A stretch of DNA of 64,000 bases from positions 23,369-87,368 of the forward strand of contig CAZFCP010000008.1 of assembly GCA_964517775.1 (NCBI GenBank), written 5' to 3'. Positions 1 to 9,797 of the stretch are shown one piece after another. This DNA is from an uncultured Candidatus Marinamargulisbacteria bacterium (GTDB taxonomy: Bacteria > Margulisbacteria > Marinamargulisbacteria > SXXA01 > JAHFDB01). Position 1 is the stretch's first letter. The number at the start of each line of letters is the position of its first letter. The notes beneath the pieces are model-generated. The model worked only from the letters and a program-made list of their open reading frames with translations, had not been told where the DNA came from and ran no database searches. The position numbers and the translations under genes were made by a program.

Positions 1-4
1 GGCT

Positions 5-1507
5 TTGCCTGATGATGTTCTGAGTGAGTTATGTTTTAGAGCCGTTAATCGTGAGGATATCGTGTGTTTGGCTGACTTTTTGCATAAGAAAAACGTTGTC
101 CTGTCGCCAGCTACATTGGAATCTCTTAGCCATGCATGTAGAACGATTGATGTTAGGCCCGGGTACTTCACCTATATGATAGAGTCGTTCCTTGCTGTTC
201 AATCTCCATTGGTAAATAGTCTGGCTGTTTTTCTTATTCAAAATGTCAATCTCAATAGTACACATATCCATTTATTATGGAATACTGTGATTGAAAATCC
301 TTTTTTTGATCTTTCCCAAATGCCATCTTCCATGGTTTGTGATGATACGTTAACTACCCTTATTGTGAACTATATGGATGCCGGCAAACCTAAAGAGCCT
401 CTTTTAGACTGGATTCATACAGTGCCGAATAAAAACCTGATTTTGGACCATACGTTTAAACGAGTTGGTGTTACAGAGCATGCCGCGACTGTGTTGCAGG
501 TTCTGGTCGATTATCAGGCCAGATTTCCAGGCTCTTTTGTGTTTATTTCAGAGGTAGCGCTGTCTGATTTTCTCCAACGACTTCCTCACTATACGCCTGA
601 CATGAGACAAATGCTGGGTCATTTTCCTTTTTCCTGTCCACGAGATTTTTATCAGGACTACTCTCAACGTGCTGGATGTAGCTCTTCGTTGTTTATTCGT
701 GAAAATCCTGATAGAGCCCGCCAGGATATTGAAACACTTTTGCGGGAGTCTTTAACCACATTGACAACAAAAAGAGGCTGGGAAAACAGGGCTGAGAGTT
801 TTGAACACCTACAACAATGGTATCAGATGTTGACGCGTTTTAATTTTATTTCTTCCAGTAGTTTGCCTGTTTTGCAACCTGTTTTAGAGGATGTTTTGAA
901 ACGGTGTCAGGTTACATTTGGTACATTCCACCAAAAAGCAGTGGTGTCAGGTTCTGATATGATCCTCATGGAAATAGCGGTGGATTTGGCTGTGAAATCT
1001 GGATATACCTTGCCACAACCGCTTTTGCATTCCCTGTTGAAACTGTCCTGTAAGGTGCATTCCAATGTGTTTAAAGATATAAACGATACCTTCCATTCTG
1101 ATTATGCAGGACTGGTTATGGCTGATAGGCTGATCCAGTTAGGTGCTGTTATGACAAAAGAGATGGCACCTCACTTTTTTAAAGTAGGGTTCAGACACGA
1201 TGATGATTGTCGGAGTATGGACCGTATTTTAAAACATATGCAAACCAGAGGTTTAACACTTCCTGTTCGTTATCGCCGGTTTCCAATTTCTCCATCGTTC
1301 AGCCTGGCTGTTGAAACAGAACGTCAGTATCTTGTCGATGCTTTTACCGCAGTTTTTGATCCTAAAGAATTGGCTGCATTAAAACTTTCTCGCCCTGATT
1401 TTGCAGAATCGGTAGAGGATTACAGTTTGGTGTACCAGTACTCTGAACGACCTGGTAGGGAAACTGCAACGTCTATGAGTAATCTAAGAAAATGGAACAA
1501 CGTTTAA
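5..1507 (+). CDS. Hypothetical helical protein, probably 5'-truncated by the window edge
   Basis: 500-codon ORF. The frame is open back to position 2 (GCT TTG CCT), so the TTG start is probably internal. No family recognised. Confidence 0.7.
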   Translation: MPDDVLSELCFRAVNREDIVCLADFLHKKNVVLSPATLESLSHACRTIDVRPGYFTYMIESFLAVQSPLVNSLAVFLIQNVNLNSTHIHLLWNTVIENPFFDLSQMPSSMVCDDTLTTLIVNYMDAGKPKEPLLDWIHTVPNKNLILDHTFKRVGVTEHAATVLQVLVDYQARFPGSFVFISEVALSDFLQRLPHYTPDMRQMLGHFPFSCPRDFYQDYSQRAGCSSSLFIRENPDRARQDIETLLRESLTTLTTKRGWENRAESFEHLQQWYQMLTRFNFISSSSLPVLQPVLEDVLKRCQVTFGTFHQKAVVSGSDMILMEIAVDLAVKSGYTLPQPLLHSLLKLSCKVHSNVFKDINDTFHSDYAGLVMADRLIQLGAVMTKEMAPHFFKVGFRHDDDCRSMDRILKHMQTRGLTLPVRYRRFPISPSFSLAVETERQYLVDAFTAVFDPKELAALKLSRPDFAESVEDYSLVYQYSERPGRETATSMSNLRKWNNV

Positions 1508-1547
1508 GACACTGGCTGGACGGGCTGTAAGGCTTTATACTGGTTCC

Positions 1548-1946
1548 ATGACAAAGCGTTTACTGTCTTTTATGGTGTTGTTGTGTTTAAGCCTATTGAT
1601 CGTGTCACCGGTTTTTGGCTGGCATATTCATCATTCCTGTTCAAATTGTCATCATGGGTTTGAAACACATTCTTCTTCTCATGCAGAACATGGCTCACAT
1701 CCCGATGAGTGTCAGGCCGAAAATCTCTACCAGCACGTAACAGAGCAGGGCATGGTGCTTAAAAAAGCAGAGCCCGTTGTGATTTATACGGATATTGCCT
1801 TTCTTTTCACCCCTGTCAGCTGTGTCGTCCCTCTTGATAGTTCCATTGAAAATAAAACCTGGACAGACAGCGATGTTGGCTATCAGGTTTCCTCGTATTT
1901 CATATCCTCTATTGCATTCAGGGCCCCTCCACAACAGCTTTCCTAA
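1548..1946 (+). CDS. Small exported His/Cys-rich protein (DUF2946/CzcI-like) heading a metal efflux operon
   Basis: N-terminal signal-like segment, HIHHSCSNCHH metal-binding-like stretch, C-terminal RAPP motif typical of DUF2946-like proteins; lies directly upstream of TolC/CzcA. Confidence 0.6.
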   Translation: MTKRLLSFMVLLCLSLLIVSPVFGWHIHHSCSNCHHGFETHSSSHAEHGSHPDECQAENLYQHVTEQGMVLKKAEPVVIYTDIAFLFTPVSCVVPLDSSIENKTWTDSDVGYQVSSYFISSIAFRAPPQQLS

Positions 1947-1982
1947 GTTCCGTTTTAGTATTATAACGAAGGAGACTGTACT

Positions 1983-3218
1983 ATGAATTCCCTAAAAACC
2001 GGGGGGGTATTGATATATATAATTTTGGCATTTCCCTGCTTACTGGCGGCCGAAACGATGTCAGTTCACACTGCGATTCAACATATGTTGAAAACGCATC
2101 CCGCCATTCGTGCGGCTGAGGCTGAAAAATCGGCATTATTTAAAATGGTTGAGACGACCCAACAAGGCCAAAATCCGGAAATGGAGGTTGGACTTGGCCA
2201 AAAACAAGACGGCGTGTCCACGGGTCTGACCGTTGAGGCTACGCTAAAACAGCCGCTGGTTTTTTCCGGGAAGGCTGAGCATAAAAAAGCTGTTGCTTTG
2301 CAGGATGTTCTGATTCAGGATTTTGTGATCAAACAGTTAAAGGCTGAACTGGTGCATGCTGTGCTGATTCAGGCTGCGCAGCTGGAGTTGATAGGTAAAA
2401 AAATGACCTTGAATCAAAAACGGATGAAAAAATTGAACTGGATTAAGCAGTATATTAACAGCCGGCCTTTTGTGTCTCCACAGAAGAGGTTGGAGCTTCG
2501 GCTTGTGGAAAGTGATTTGAAATCGCATCAGTTGGAAGAGTTGGAGTTAAACGCGGAGGCAGATAGGTGTAGGCAAACTTTAAGCCAGCTTGTTGGGCAG
2601 CCTGTTTATGGGTTTTTGGATATGGGGACTGTGGATGATTATGTGGATATGAAGGGGGGGTATGATGGGTTTTTGAGGGAGAACCCGGGATTGCGAGTGA
2701 TGGCTTTGGTAGTAGAAAAAGTAAGGCTGGAGACTCGGGTTTTTACGGCTGAAAACGCTTCGAGGGTGGATCTCTTTGGCCGGTACGCGTCGGAATCTGC
2801 TTCGGGGAGGGATCAGTTTTTGAGTGTGGGACTTGGTGTCGAGCTTCCGGTTGTCGATAAAAACACGGTGATGACAGCTATTCAATCGGATAAACAAAAG
2901 GCTTTGGATCTGCAGCTTAAACAGGAGACGCAGAAAAAAGAGGCGCAGTGGCAAGTCGCGCTATCCGATTTAAATCGTGCCAAACGTGTGTTGTCGTTAT
3001 ATTCCTCAGACTGGGTGCTTCAAATGGAATCCGGCCTCGATCAGGCCATTGATGCCTTTAAAAAAGGTCAGACTGATTTACTAAGCGTACTGGAATTGGA
3101 ATCCCAATGGGTATCTGCAGCTTACATGCAGTACACCGCACAACGTGACGTTATCAATTCCTACGGAGAGTTCGCCGAATTATCCGGTAAAACCTCCCTT
3201 TCAGGAGACACATTATGA
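1983..3218 (+). CDS. czcC: TolC/CzcC-family outer membrane efflux protein
   Basis: Signal peptide; OEP repeats (QNPEMEVG, FLSVGLGVELP, AFKKGQTDLLSVLE); ATGA overlap with czcA. Confidence 0.85.
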   Translation: MNSLKTGGVLIYIILAFPCLLAAETMSVHTAIQHMLKTHPAIRAAEAEKSALFKMVETTQQGQNPEMEVGLGQKQDGVSTGLTVEATLKQPLVFSGKAEHKKAVALQDVLIQDFVIKQLKAELVHAVLIQAAQLELIGKKMTLNQKRMKKLNWIKQYINSRPFVSPQKRLELRLVESDLKSHQLEELELNAEADRCRQTLSQLVGQPVYGFLDMGTVDDYVDMKGGYDGFLRENPGLRVMALVVEKVRLETRVFTAENASRVDLFGRYASESASGRDQFLSVGLGVELPVVDKNTVMTAIQSDKQKALDLQLKQETQKKEAQWQVALSDLNRAKRVLSLYSSDWVLQMESGLDQAIDAFKKGQTDLLSVLELESQWVSAAYMQYTAQRDVINSYGEFAELSGKTSLSGDTL

Positions 3219-6200
3219 TAAATCGATGGTTAAAACGTGCTTTATCCCATAGAGTCTGGGTGCTGGCTTTCATCGCAGCTGCCGCAGGAATCGGATTATG
3301 GACCTTACCCCAACTCAGTATCGATGCCGTTCCCGATATTACCAATGTTCAGGTCGTCATCAATACAAAAACCGGTGCTTTGGATCCCGAACAAATCGAA
3401 AAAACCGTCACCAATTACATCGAAATGGAAATGGGCGGTATATCCAGAGTGGAAGATGTCAGATCTCTATCCAAATACGGTTTGTCTCAAGTCACCCTAG
3501 TGTTTAAAGATCACACCGATATTTACTGGGCCAGACAGCAGGTCTCCGAGCGTCTCCAGACCGTAAAAGAGCAGCTTCCTTCCGGCATGTCACCCGAGCT
3601 TGCTCCCATTACCACAGGCCTTGGCGAAGTATTGATGTACGTGGTTTTACCGAAACCCAATTCCGCTTTAAGCAAGAAACCTGAAATCGAACAGCTTCGT
3701 TATCTGCGAACAGTTCAGGACACGATAATCCGTCCGTTTTTAAAATCAAAAGTCCAAAACGTAGCCGACATTGATTCTACGGGAGGATTTAAAAAAGAAA
3801 TTCATATTGATGTAGAGCCTCAAAAACTGGCGGCTTACGGCATTAGTCTGGATCAGCTGACCAAACAGCTGGAACGGTTGGGAGAAAATGCTGGAGGAGG
3901 GTACATCGAACAGGATGGAAATCAGGTGGTGGTGCGCTCTAAAGGCACGGTTCCTGATTTGGAGACGCTAAAACGGTTTCCGGTTAAGCTTTCTGTATCT
4001 GGAACTCCTGTTCAGCTTCAGGATTTAGCTTTGGTGAGAGAGGATCAGGCCCAACGTCTGGGAGCTTCAACTTATGAAGGAAAAGAAGCGGTTTTAGGAA
4101 CAGTGTTGATGTTAAGCGGTGCCAATTCCAGGCAGGTTGCCAACGATGCTGATGCAGCTCTCAAAGCACTGACTTTACCTGATGATGTAACCATAAACGT
4201 AGTCTATACACGGTCATTTCTCGTCAATGCCACAATCCAGACAGTTGCAAAAAACCTGGCTGAAGGTGCCTTTCTGGTTATTGTTGTTCTCGTCCTGATT
4301 CTGGGAAGTTTCCGCGCTGCATTAATTGTAGCCTCCATCATCCCCATAGCTATGCTGATTGCTGTTGCCGGCATGAAACCCCTAGGTATCTCCGCCAACC
4401 TGATGAGCCTCGGCGCCATCGATTTTGGCCTCCTCGTAGATGGTGCAGTCGTCATCGTTGAAAATGTGTTGAGACAGATGCGTCAGTCGCCAGTGGTTTT
4501 ATCCTCAAAAGAAAAACTAAAACTGGTTTGGACCGCTTCAAAAGATGTAATGGGCCCCGTGTTACTTGGCCTCATTTTGATTATGCTGGTTTACATCCCG
4601 GTTCTGTCTTTGGAAGGCATTGAAGGCAAGATGTTTAAGCCGATGGCCGCAACCGTATTGCTGGCTTTGGGTGCTGCCCTTATTACCACGTTCCTACTCA
4701 TTCCGGTACTAAGTTATTTTATGCTGAAATCGACACATGACGAAAAAGAGCCTTTGCTTTTTAGAGGCTTTCAAAAAGTGTTTTCTCCTGTCATCACAGC
4801 GGGTTTTTCATTTCCTAAAACCGTTGTGGTCGTGGCTGTTGGTTTGTGTCTTTTGGCCTGTATTTTGTATGGACGAATGGGCTCTGATTTTATGCCGCCT
4901 TTAGATGAAGGCGATATGGTCATCAACATGTCCAGAGACAGTAAAATTTCCATCGATACCTCCGTGGCCATCCAAAAAAAGTCTGAAGCTGTAGTTACCA
5001 AAATTCCTGGCATAACCACCGTGTTTTCCAGAATGGGAACCCCAGAATCTGCTACCGATCCCATGGGCCCTCATTTGTCGGATACGTTTATTGTGTTGAA
5101 TAAAGATCATAAAACCTGGCCTCAAAAAAATGGGAAAACGGTTACAAAGTCTGAGTTTTTTGAGGTGATAAAAGAAAAATTGGAGGCCTTGAATATCGAG
5201 CAGGAAATCTCCATGGCCCAACCCATTGAAATGCGGTTTAACGAGATTCTGGAAGGAAGCCGGGCAGATATTTCGCTTCGGATTTTTGGCCCGGATTTAG
5301 ATCGCCTGGCCCAGCTTTCAGATCAGATTCTGGAGACGTTGGAGTCTGTAAAAGGAACAGAAATAGAACTGGATGCCTTAACCGCTTTATGGAAAAGCCC
5401 GGTATTAAATGTGGTTCCCGATACATCCAGATTAATTGCTTATGGTCTTCATCTGGACGATGTTCACCTCATTATCGAAACGGCGATGACAGGGCGCCAG
5501 ATTGGCAGCTTTTATGCGGATAACTGGCGCTATCCCATTGTCGTCAGACTGGCTGAAGAACACCGAGGTTCCCCTCAATCCATTTCAAATATTGCCATTT
5601 CGCTTCCTGAAGGCGGTAGCATTCCATTATCCCAGGTATCCACCCTTCGTGAAGAAAGTCAGGTAACAACCATTGCTCACAGTAATGGAAAACGGTATGC
5701 CGGTTTGTCTATCAATCTGGATGGCCGAGATGTCCAAAGTGTTGTTTCAGAGGCTAAAACACGTATCCATGCCTTATCCATCCCAAAAGAATACACACTC
5801 GAATGGGGCGGTCAGTTTGAAAATCTCCACAGCGCCAAACAACGCCTGATGATGATTATCCCACTGACACTCTTAGCCGTTTTTATTCTGGTTTTTGGTT
5901 ATTTAAAACATCTTAAACAAACCATTGTTGTATTAGTCAGCATTCCTTTTGCTGTAACCGGAGGTGTTTTTTCGTTGTATCTCAGACATCTTCCTTTAAC
6001 GGTTTCGGCCGGAATAGGGTTTATCGCTTTGATGGGAATTGCTCTGTTAAATGCGCTTGTACTGATGACGTTTATAAATCAGCTGAAACAATCTGGATTA
6101 TCTACCCGTGAGGCCGTACGAAACGGTGTTATGATTCGGTTAAAACCGGTTCTGTCCACGGCGTTGGTGGCCAGCCTTGGTTTTATCCCCATGGCCTTGA

Positions 6201-6325
6201 ACACCGGCATCGGGTCAGAGGTTCAGCGTCCATTGGCAACCGTTGTTATCGGAGGGCTAATTACCTCCACATTACTGACGCTGGTAGTTATCCCCCAGCT
6301 GTTGCTTTGGATTGAAAAAGAGTAA
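3215..6325 (+). CDS. czcA: CusA/CzcA-family heavy-metal RND efflux transporter
   Basis: 1036 aa; DAVPDITNVQV, MSLGAIDFGLLVDGAVVIVEN and RPLATVVIGGL motifs of HME-RND pumps. Confidence 0.95.
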   Translation: MINRWLKRALSHRVWVLAFIAAAAGIGLWTLPQLSIDAVPDITNVQVVINTKTGALDPEQIEKTVTNYIEMEMGGISRVEDVRSLSKYGLSQVTLVFKDHTDIYWARQQVSERLQTVKEQLPSGMSPELAPITTGLGEVLMYVVLPKPNSALSKKPEIEQLRYLRTVQDTIIRPFLKSKVQNVADIDSTGGFKKEIHIDVEPQKLAAYGISLDQLTKQLERLGENAGGGYIEQDGNQVVVRSKGTVPDLETLKRFPVKLSVSGTPVQLQDLALVREDQAQRLGASTYEGKEAVLGTVLMLSGANSRQVANDADAALKALTLPDDVTINVVYTRSFLVNATIQTVAKNLAEGAFLVIVVLVLILGSFRAALIVASIIPIAMLIAVAGMKPLGISANLMSLGAIDFGLLVDGAVVIVENVLRQMRQSPVVLSSKEKLKLVWTASKDVMGPVLLGLILIMLVYIPVLSLEGIEGKMFKPMAATVLLALGAALITTFLLIPVLSYFMLKSTHDEKEPLLFRGFQKVFSPVITAGFSFPKTVVVVAVGLCLLACILYGRMGSDFMPPLDEGDMVINMSRDSKISIDTSVAIQKKSEAVVTKIPGITTVFSRMGTPESATDPMGPHLSDTFIVLNKDHKTWPQKNGKTVTKSEFFEVIKEKLEALNIEQEISMAQPIEMRFNEILEGSRADISLRIFGPDLDRLAQLSDQILETLESVKGTEIELDALTALWKSPVLNVVPDTSRLIAYGLHLDDVHLIIETAMTGRQIGSFYADNWRYPIVVRLAEEHRGSPQSISNIAISLPEGGSIPLSQVSTLREESQVTTIAHSNGKRYAGLSINLDGRDVQSVVSEAKTRIHALSIPKEYTLEWGGQFENLHSAKQRLMMIIPLTLLAVFILVFGYLKHLKQTIVVLVSIPFAVTGGVFSLYLRHLPLTVSAGIGFIALMGIALLNALVLMTFINQLKQSGLSTREAVRNGVMIRLKPVLSTALVASLGFIPMALNTGIGSEVQRPLATVVIGGLITSTLLTLVVIPQLLLWIEKE

Positions 6326-6389
6326 ACGACTGTAAAAAAAGGGGCGTTAAAAGGGGGGGATTCCTTTTTGAAAATTTCATGCTACTTTA

Positions 6390-7610
6390 TTGAATATGGG
6401 TAATATTGCAAAGACGGAAAACCCGTCTGCTGTATTAACAGCATTAGTGGAAACCTTGTCTATGGCATCCACGCTTCCGGCAATTACCAAGGCTGTTGCC
6501 GAATCGGCCAGGCTTCTCACAGGTGCTGATGGGTCCACGTTTGTTTTGCGTGAAGGAAACAAATGTTATTACGTCGATGAAAATGCTATTGAACCCCTGT
6601 GGAAGGGATTAAAATTCCCTTTAGAGGCTTGTATCAGTGGCTGGAGTATGCTGAATAAGCAAACCGTTGTCATACAGGATATTTATGAAGATTCCAGAAT
6701 TCCTCACGATGCCTACAGGCCTACCTTTGTTAAAAGTTTATGTATGGTTCCCATTCGTCAGCAAAATCCCATAGGTGCTATTGGAAATTATTGGGCAAAT
6801 GGCTACTGTCCATCCCAGGAAGAAATAAAATTGTTACAGGTTCTGGCCAACAGCACCTCAATAGCTTTGGAAAATCTGGAATTAAAAACCAGCCTCCAGA
6901 AATTTAATGATGAAAGTCAGTTTTTACAGGACAGGGAAAAACAGCTTGAAACCGCGTTGCATACCATGGCACATAATCTAAAACACCCGCTTACCGCCAT
7001 GATGGGCTTTGCCGAACTGCTACAAATTCGTTTGCAGGATCAACTTGATGATAAGTTGAATGGTTATTTTCGATCTATTTTAAAAACAGGCTATCAGGCG
7101 AATGAAAGTATTAAAAAAATGCTGGCTTTATACAGTGTGAGTCAGAGCAAGATTGATAAACAGACCGTTAATATAACACTCATGTGTCAGGAGCTGGCGG
7201 AACAATTTAAGATGAATGCTCCAGACCGTAAAATCACCGTGGATATTGCGGAAGACTTAACCGTTTATGCAGATTTTGCCCTGCTTAACATTGTTTTGGA
7301 GAATTTGATGTCCAATGCCTTCAAATTTACCAGCAAAAAAGTTGAAACGGTTATCCGATTTGGACATCATGACGAAACACATTCAACTGTTACCTTTTTT
7401 ATATCGGACAACGGTGTTGGTTGGGATCCTGCTTATACATCCAAACTTTTTCATCCTCTCGAGCGATTGCATTCCGAATCTGAATTTCCGGGTACTGGTC
7501 TTGGCTTATCGTCTGTAGCCCGAATTTTAGAGCTTCATGGTGGCAGTATTCGTGCTGAAGCCAGTCTTAATCAGGGTGCTGTCTTTTATTTTACGTTACC
7601 CAAACACTAA
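6390..7610 (+). CDS. Cytoplasmic GAF-domain sensor histidine kinase (no adjacent response regulator)
   Basis: GAF domain, H-box AHNLKHPL, N-box NLMSNAFKF, G1 DNGVG, G2 GTGLGL. Confidence 0.9.
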   Translation: MNMGNIAKTENPSAVLTALVETLSMASTLPAITKAVAESARLLTGADGSTFVLREGNKCYYVDENAIEPLWKGLKFPLEACISGWSMLNKQTVVIQDIYEDSRIPHDAYRPTFVKSLCMVPIRQQNPIGAIGNYWANGYCPSQEEIKLLQVLANSTSIALENLELKTSLQKFNDESQFLQDREKQLETALHTMAHNLKHPLTAMMGFAELLQIRLQDQLDDKLNGYFRSILKTGYQANESIKKMLALYSVSQSKIDKQTVNITLMCQELAEQFKMNAPDRKITVDIAEDLTVYADFALLNIVLENLMSNAFKFTSKKVETVIRFGHHDETHSTVTFFISDNGVGWDPAYTSKLFHPLERLHSESEFPGTGLGLSSVARILELHGGSIRAEASLNQGAVFYFTLPKH

Positions 7611-7634
7611 CCTTTTAAATTTTCTGATCGATTA
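7608..7634 (+). promoter_or_regulatory. Candidate sigma28-like promoter upstream of ORF 7685
   Basis: TAACCTTT-N11-ATCGATTA versus consensus TAAAGTTT-N11-GCCGATAA (11/16). Confidence 0.3.
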
Positions 7635-7684
7635 TGGTATTCTTTAGACCCTGAAAGGGACTTTTTTATGAAAAGGCCTTTTTT

Positions 7685-9493
7685 ATGCACAAAATCCTTG
7701 CTGTACCCTTCAGACATCCCAAAAAAATCTATCCAAATGGTCACGCTTATTTTGAATCTTCTTTTAAGTTTATTAGGCTCATGTTGTCTTGCTTTAGAGC
7801 CAGGTTCCTGGCCATCCCGATTCACGCAGACATTGTTTATCCCTTAAATCCCTTTGTTCGTGCCCTTGATAACTGTTTAAACAGCCTTCATGTGGCCCGA
7901 TCTAATCCCACAACTATTAGCAGTACTACAGAGTGTGGTACTCATTTAAAAATCTGCCTGGATGAACTTGCAGGTTTATTGAAGCCCGGGAATTTGGATT
8001 TTCCTCCAACACTGGTAACCGAGCTTATGTCTACTGTACTCACTGCGTTGCAACAACATGGATTAAATGATGAACAGTGCAGGGGCTTTTTTTTGGAGGT
8101 TTTGAGATCGAGCTATCGTCCGTTCCATTCTGGCTATGAACAGCTGATAAACACATGTTGTACGGTATTGAACTCTCCTGATTTTGAACAGGCTATTAAG
8201 GGCTACAGGGATACGTTGGACAGCCAATTGAACGATTTTTTGGAATCAATCTTCACACAAAATTCCGAGGATGCCTGCACGGCTTTGATTAGATTCTACG
8301 ATCGTGTTCACAACCAACATGAAAAGAACGCCTTTTTCGGCTACATGGTTGCAAACGGCCTTCTTACTGATGTTGAGCGCAATCCCTGTCAGTTTGAGGT
8401 TGAAAATCTCATTTTACAGGATGTCATGAGTCAAAGACCGGTTTTGAATGCTTCATTATTTATGGTGGTTATCAGGCAGCTGACAGAATCCAAGTGTCAC
8501 GATCCGCTTAGTTTTTTGGTTGTTTTCGATGAGTTATGCCAGGTTCTTCCTAACAGAAACGTTTTGAAAAATGAGTTTTTTGGACGATTATCCTCAAAGA
8601 TGCAGTCTGCCGTTTATTACGAATTGTTGAAAAGCCCTAAGCAGGAGCAAAATAAACCGTTGAGGCGCTTTTTTAAACAAACAGGTGTTATCCCACATCA
8701 GATTACACCCGATGGTTTTTTAATTCCCAATCCTCCTGTAAAACCAAGTCCACGTTCCACGCCTGTTAAACGAACTTTTTCAATGGCCAGCCAAACAGAG
8801 TTGCAGGCAAGTCTTATTGCTAAAAGCATTCTTCAGGCTCCTTTTTGTGACACGGAGGCTATTCATATCAAATTAAGAAGTCTCAATAGCGAGCCTTTAA
8901 ACACCGTACTGGATACGTTGAGGCAAACACATCGAACTCTCGAAACGGCCTTGCATTCTGATGGACCCTCATCGTCTGCCTTACCTCCGTTTTCCCTTGA
9001 ACGTTATGTGCCTTTGCTCTGTACATCACATGCTGCAACGCTGCAGGTGTATAACCATGGCGTTAGCATTGTTTACTCCATGTTGTCGACTATGTTTTCA
9101 ACTCAGGAGTCTACTCTTCAGGCCTGTTATAAACGTTACATTCAAGACCCCTTTTCCAGTATTCTAGCCGTTATGAGTCGAATGGTTCAGAAAAACAGTT
9201 TAGACAGGGTAGAGCAGCTGATTGGTAATGGACAGTTTCAGGATGCGTTACCTTTGTTGCAAGGTCTTGTCGCTATTGAATCGGGGTCTTCGATTGTTGT
9301 GCCCCTTCATAACCTGCTCACACGGTATATTGGACTTCCAGATCTTTTGGGGAATACATCGTCTTCGTCATCATCCATGACTTTGGAACAATTTAAAGTG
9401 GAGTTTTTAAGGCAATTGGGGACGGTTAAGCGACAATTGGGGGTTGGTGATGTTGTTGAAAGTGTTCGGGAGGAGATAGTGATGAGGGAGTAG
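7685..9493 (+). CDS. Orphan hypothetical protein, effector-like (Pro/Ser-rich linkers)
   Basis: 602-codon ORF, helical composition, PNPPVKPSPRSTPVKRTFS and poly-Ser stretches; no family recognised. Confidence 0.75.
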   Translation: MHKILAVPFRHPKKIYPNGHAYFESSFKFIRLMLSCFRARFLAIPIHADIVYPLNPFVRALDNCLNSLHVARSNPTTISSTTECGTHLKICLDELAGLLKPGNLDFPPTLVTELMSTVLTALQQHGLNDEQCRGFFLEVLRSSYRPFHSGYEQLINTCCTVLNSPDFEQAIKGYRDTLDSQLNDFLESIFTQNSEDACTALIRFYDRVHNQHEKNAFFGYMVANGLLTDVERNPCQFEVENLILQDVMSQRPVLNASLFMVVIRQLTESKCHDPLSFLVVFDELCQVLPNRNVLKNEFFGRLSSKMQSAVYYELLKSPKQEQNKPLRRFFKQTGVIPHQITPDGFLIPNPPVKPSPRSTPVKRTFSMASQTELQASLIAKSILQAPFCDTEAIHIKLRSLNSEPLNTVLDTLRQTHRTLETALHSDGPSSSALPPFSLERYVPLLCTSHAATLQVYNHGVSIVYSMLSTMFSTQESTLQACYKRYIQDPFSSILAVMSRMVQKNSLDRVEQLIGNGQFQDALPLLQGLVAIESGSSIVVPLHNLLTRYIGLPDLLGNTSSSSSSMTLEQFKVEFLRQLGTVKRQLGVGDVVESVREEIVMRE

Positions 9494-9515
9494 GGGGTGT
9501 AGGGCTATAAAATTT

Positions 9516-9555
9516 CATAGCTACATAGCTACATAGCTACATAGCTACATAGCTA
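9516..9555. repeat. Tandem repeat (CATAGCTA)x5
   Basis: Five exact 8-nt units read directly; they abut the left end of the element at 9553-9786. Confidence 0.95.
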
Positions 9556-9786
9556 CAGACTACCCCGTCAGCTGCGCTGCCACCCCTTCTGGGAAGGGGA
9601 ATTTTTGTTGATTCTATATCTGTTATCACTCTAGTGTCACCCCAGCGGAGGCTGGGGTCCAGGCTGTTTTTATTCAAACTGGATTCCAGCCACTGCTGGA
9701 ATGAGACAGCATCATAAATGCAATCACAGTTGTTAAAATCCCCTTCTCAGAAGGGGTGGCAGCGCAGCTGACGGGGTAGTCTGTAG
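9553..9786. mobile_element. Nested palindromic MITE/REPIN-like element, copy 1
   Basis: 52-nt outer inverted arms 9553-9604 and 9735-9786 (2 mismatches) enclose inner 27-nt inverted hairpin repeats 9636-9662 and 9679-9705. Homologous to 27175-27425 in the opposite orientation. Confidence 0.85.
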
Positions 9787-9797
9787 TTGTGAGGTTG

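Noticed and set aside
5-1507. Ankyrin repeats in the first ORF
   Set aside because: Only isolated fragments (LIQLGA, VDLAVKSG); no 33-aa periodicity or TPLH motif.
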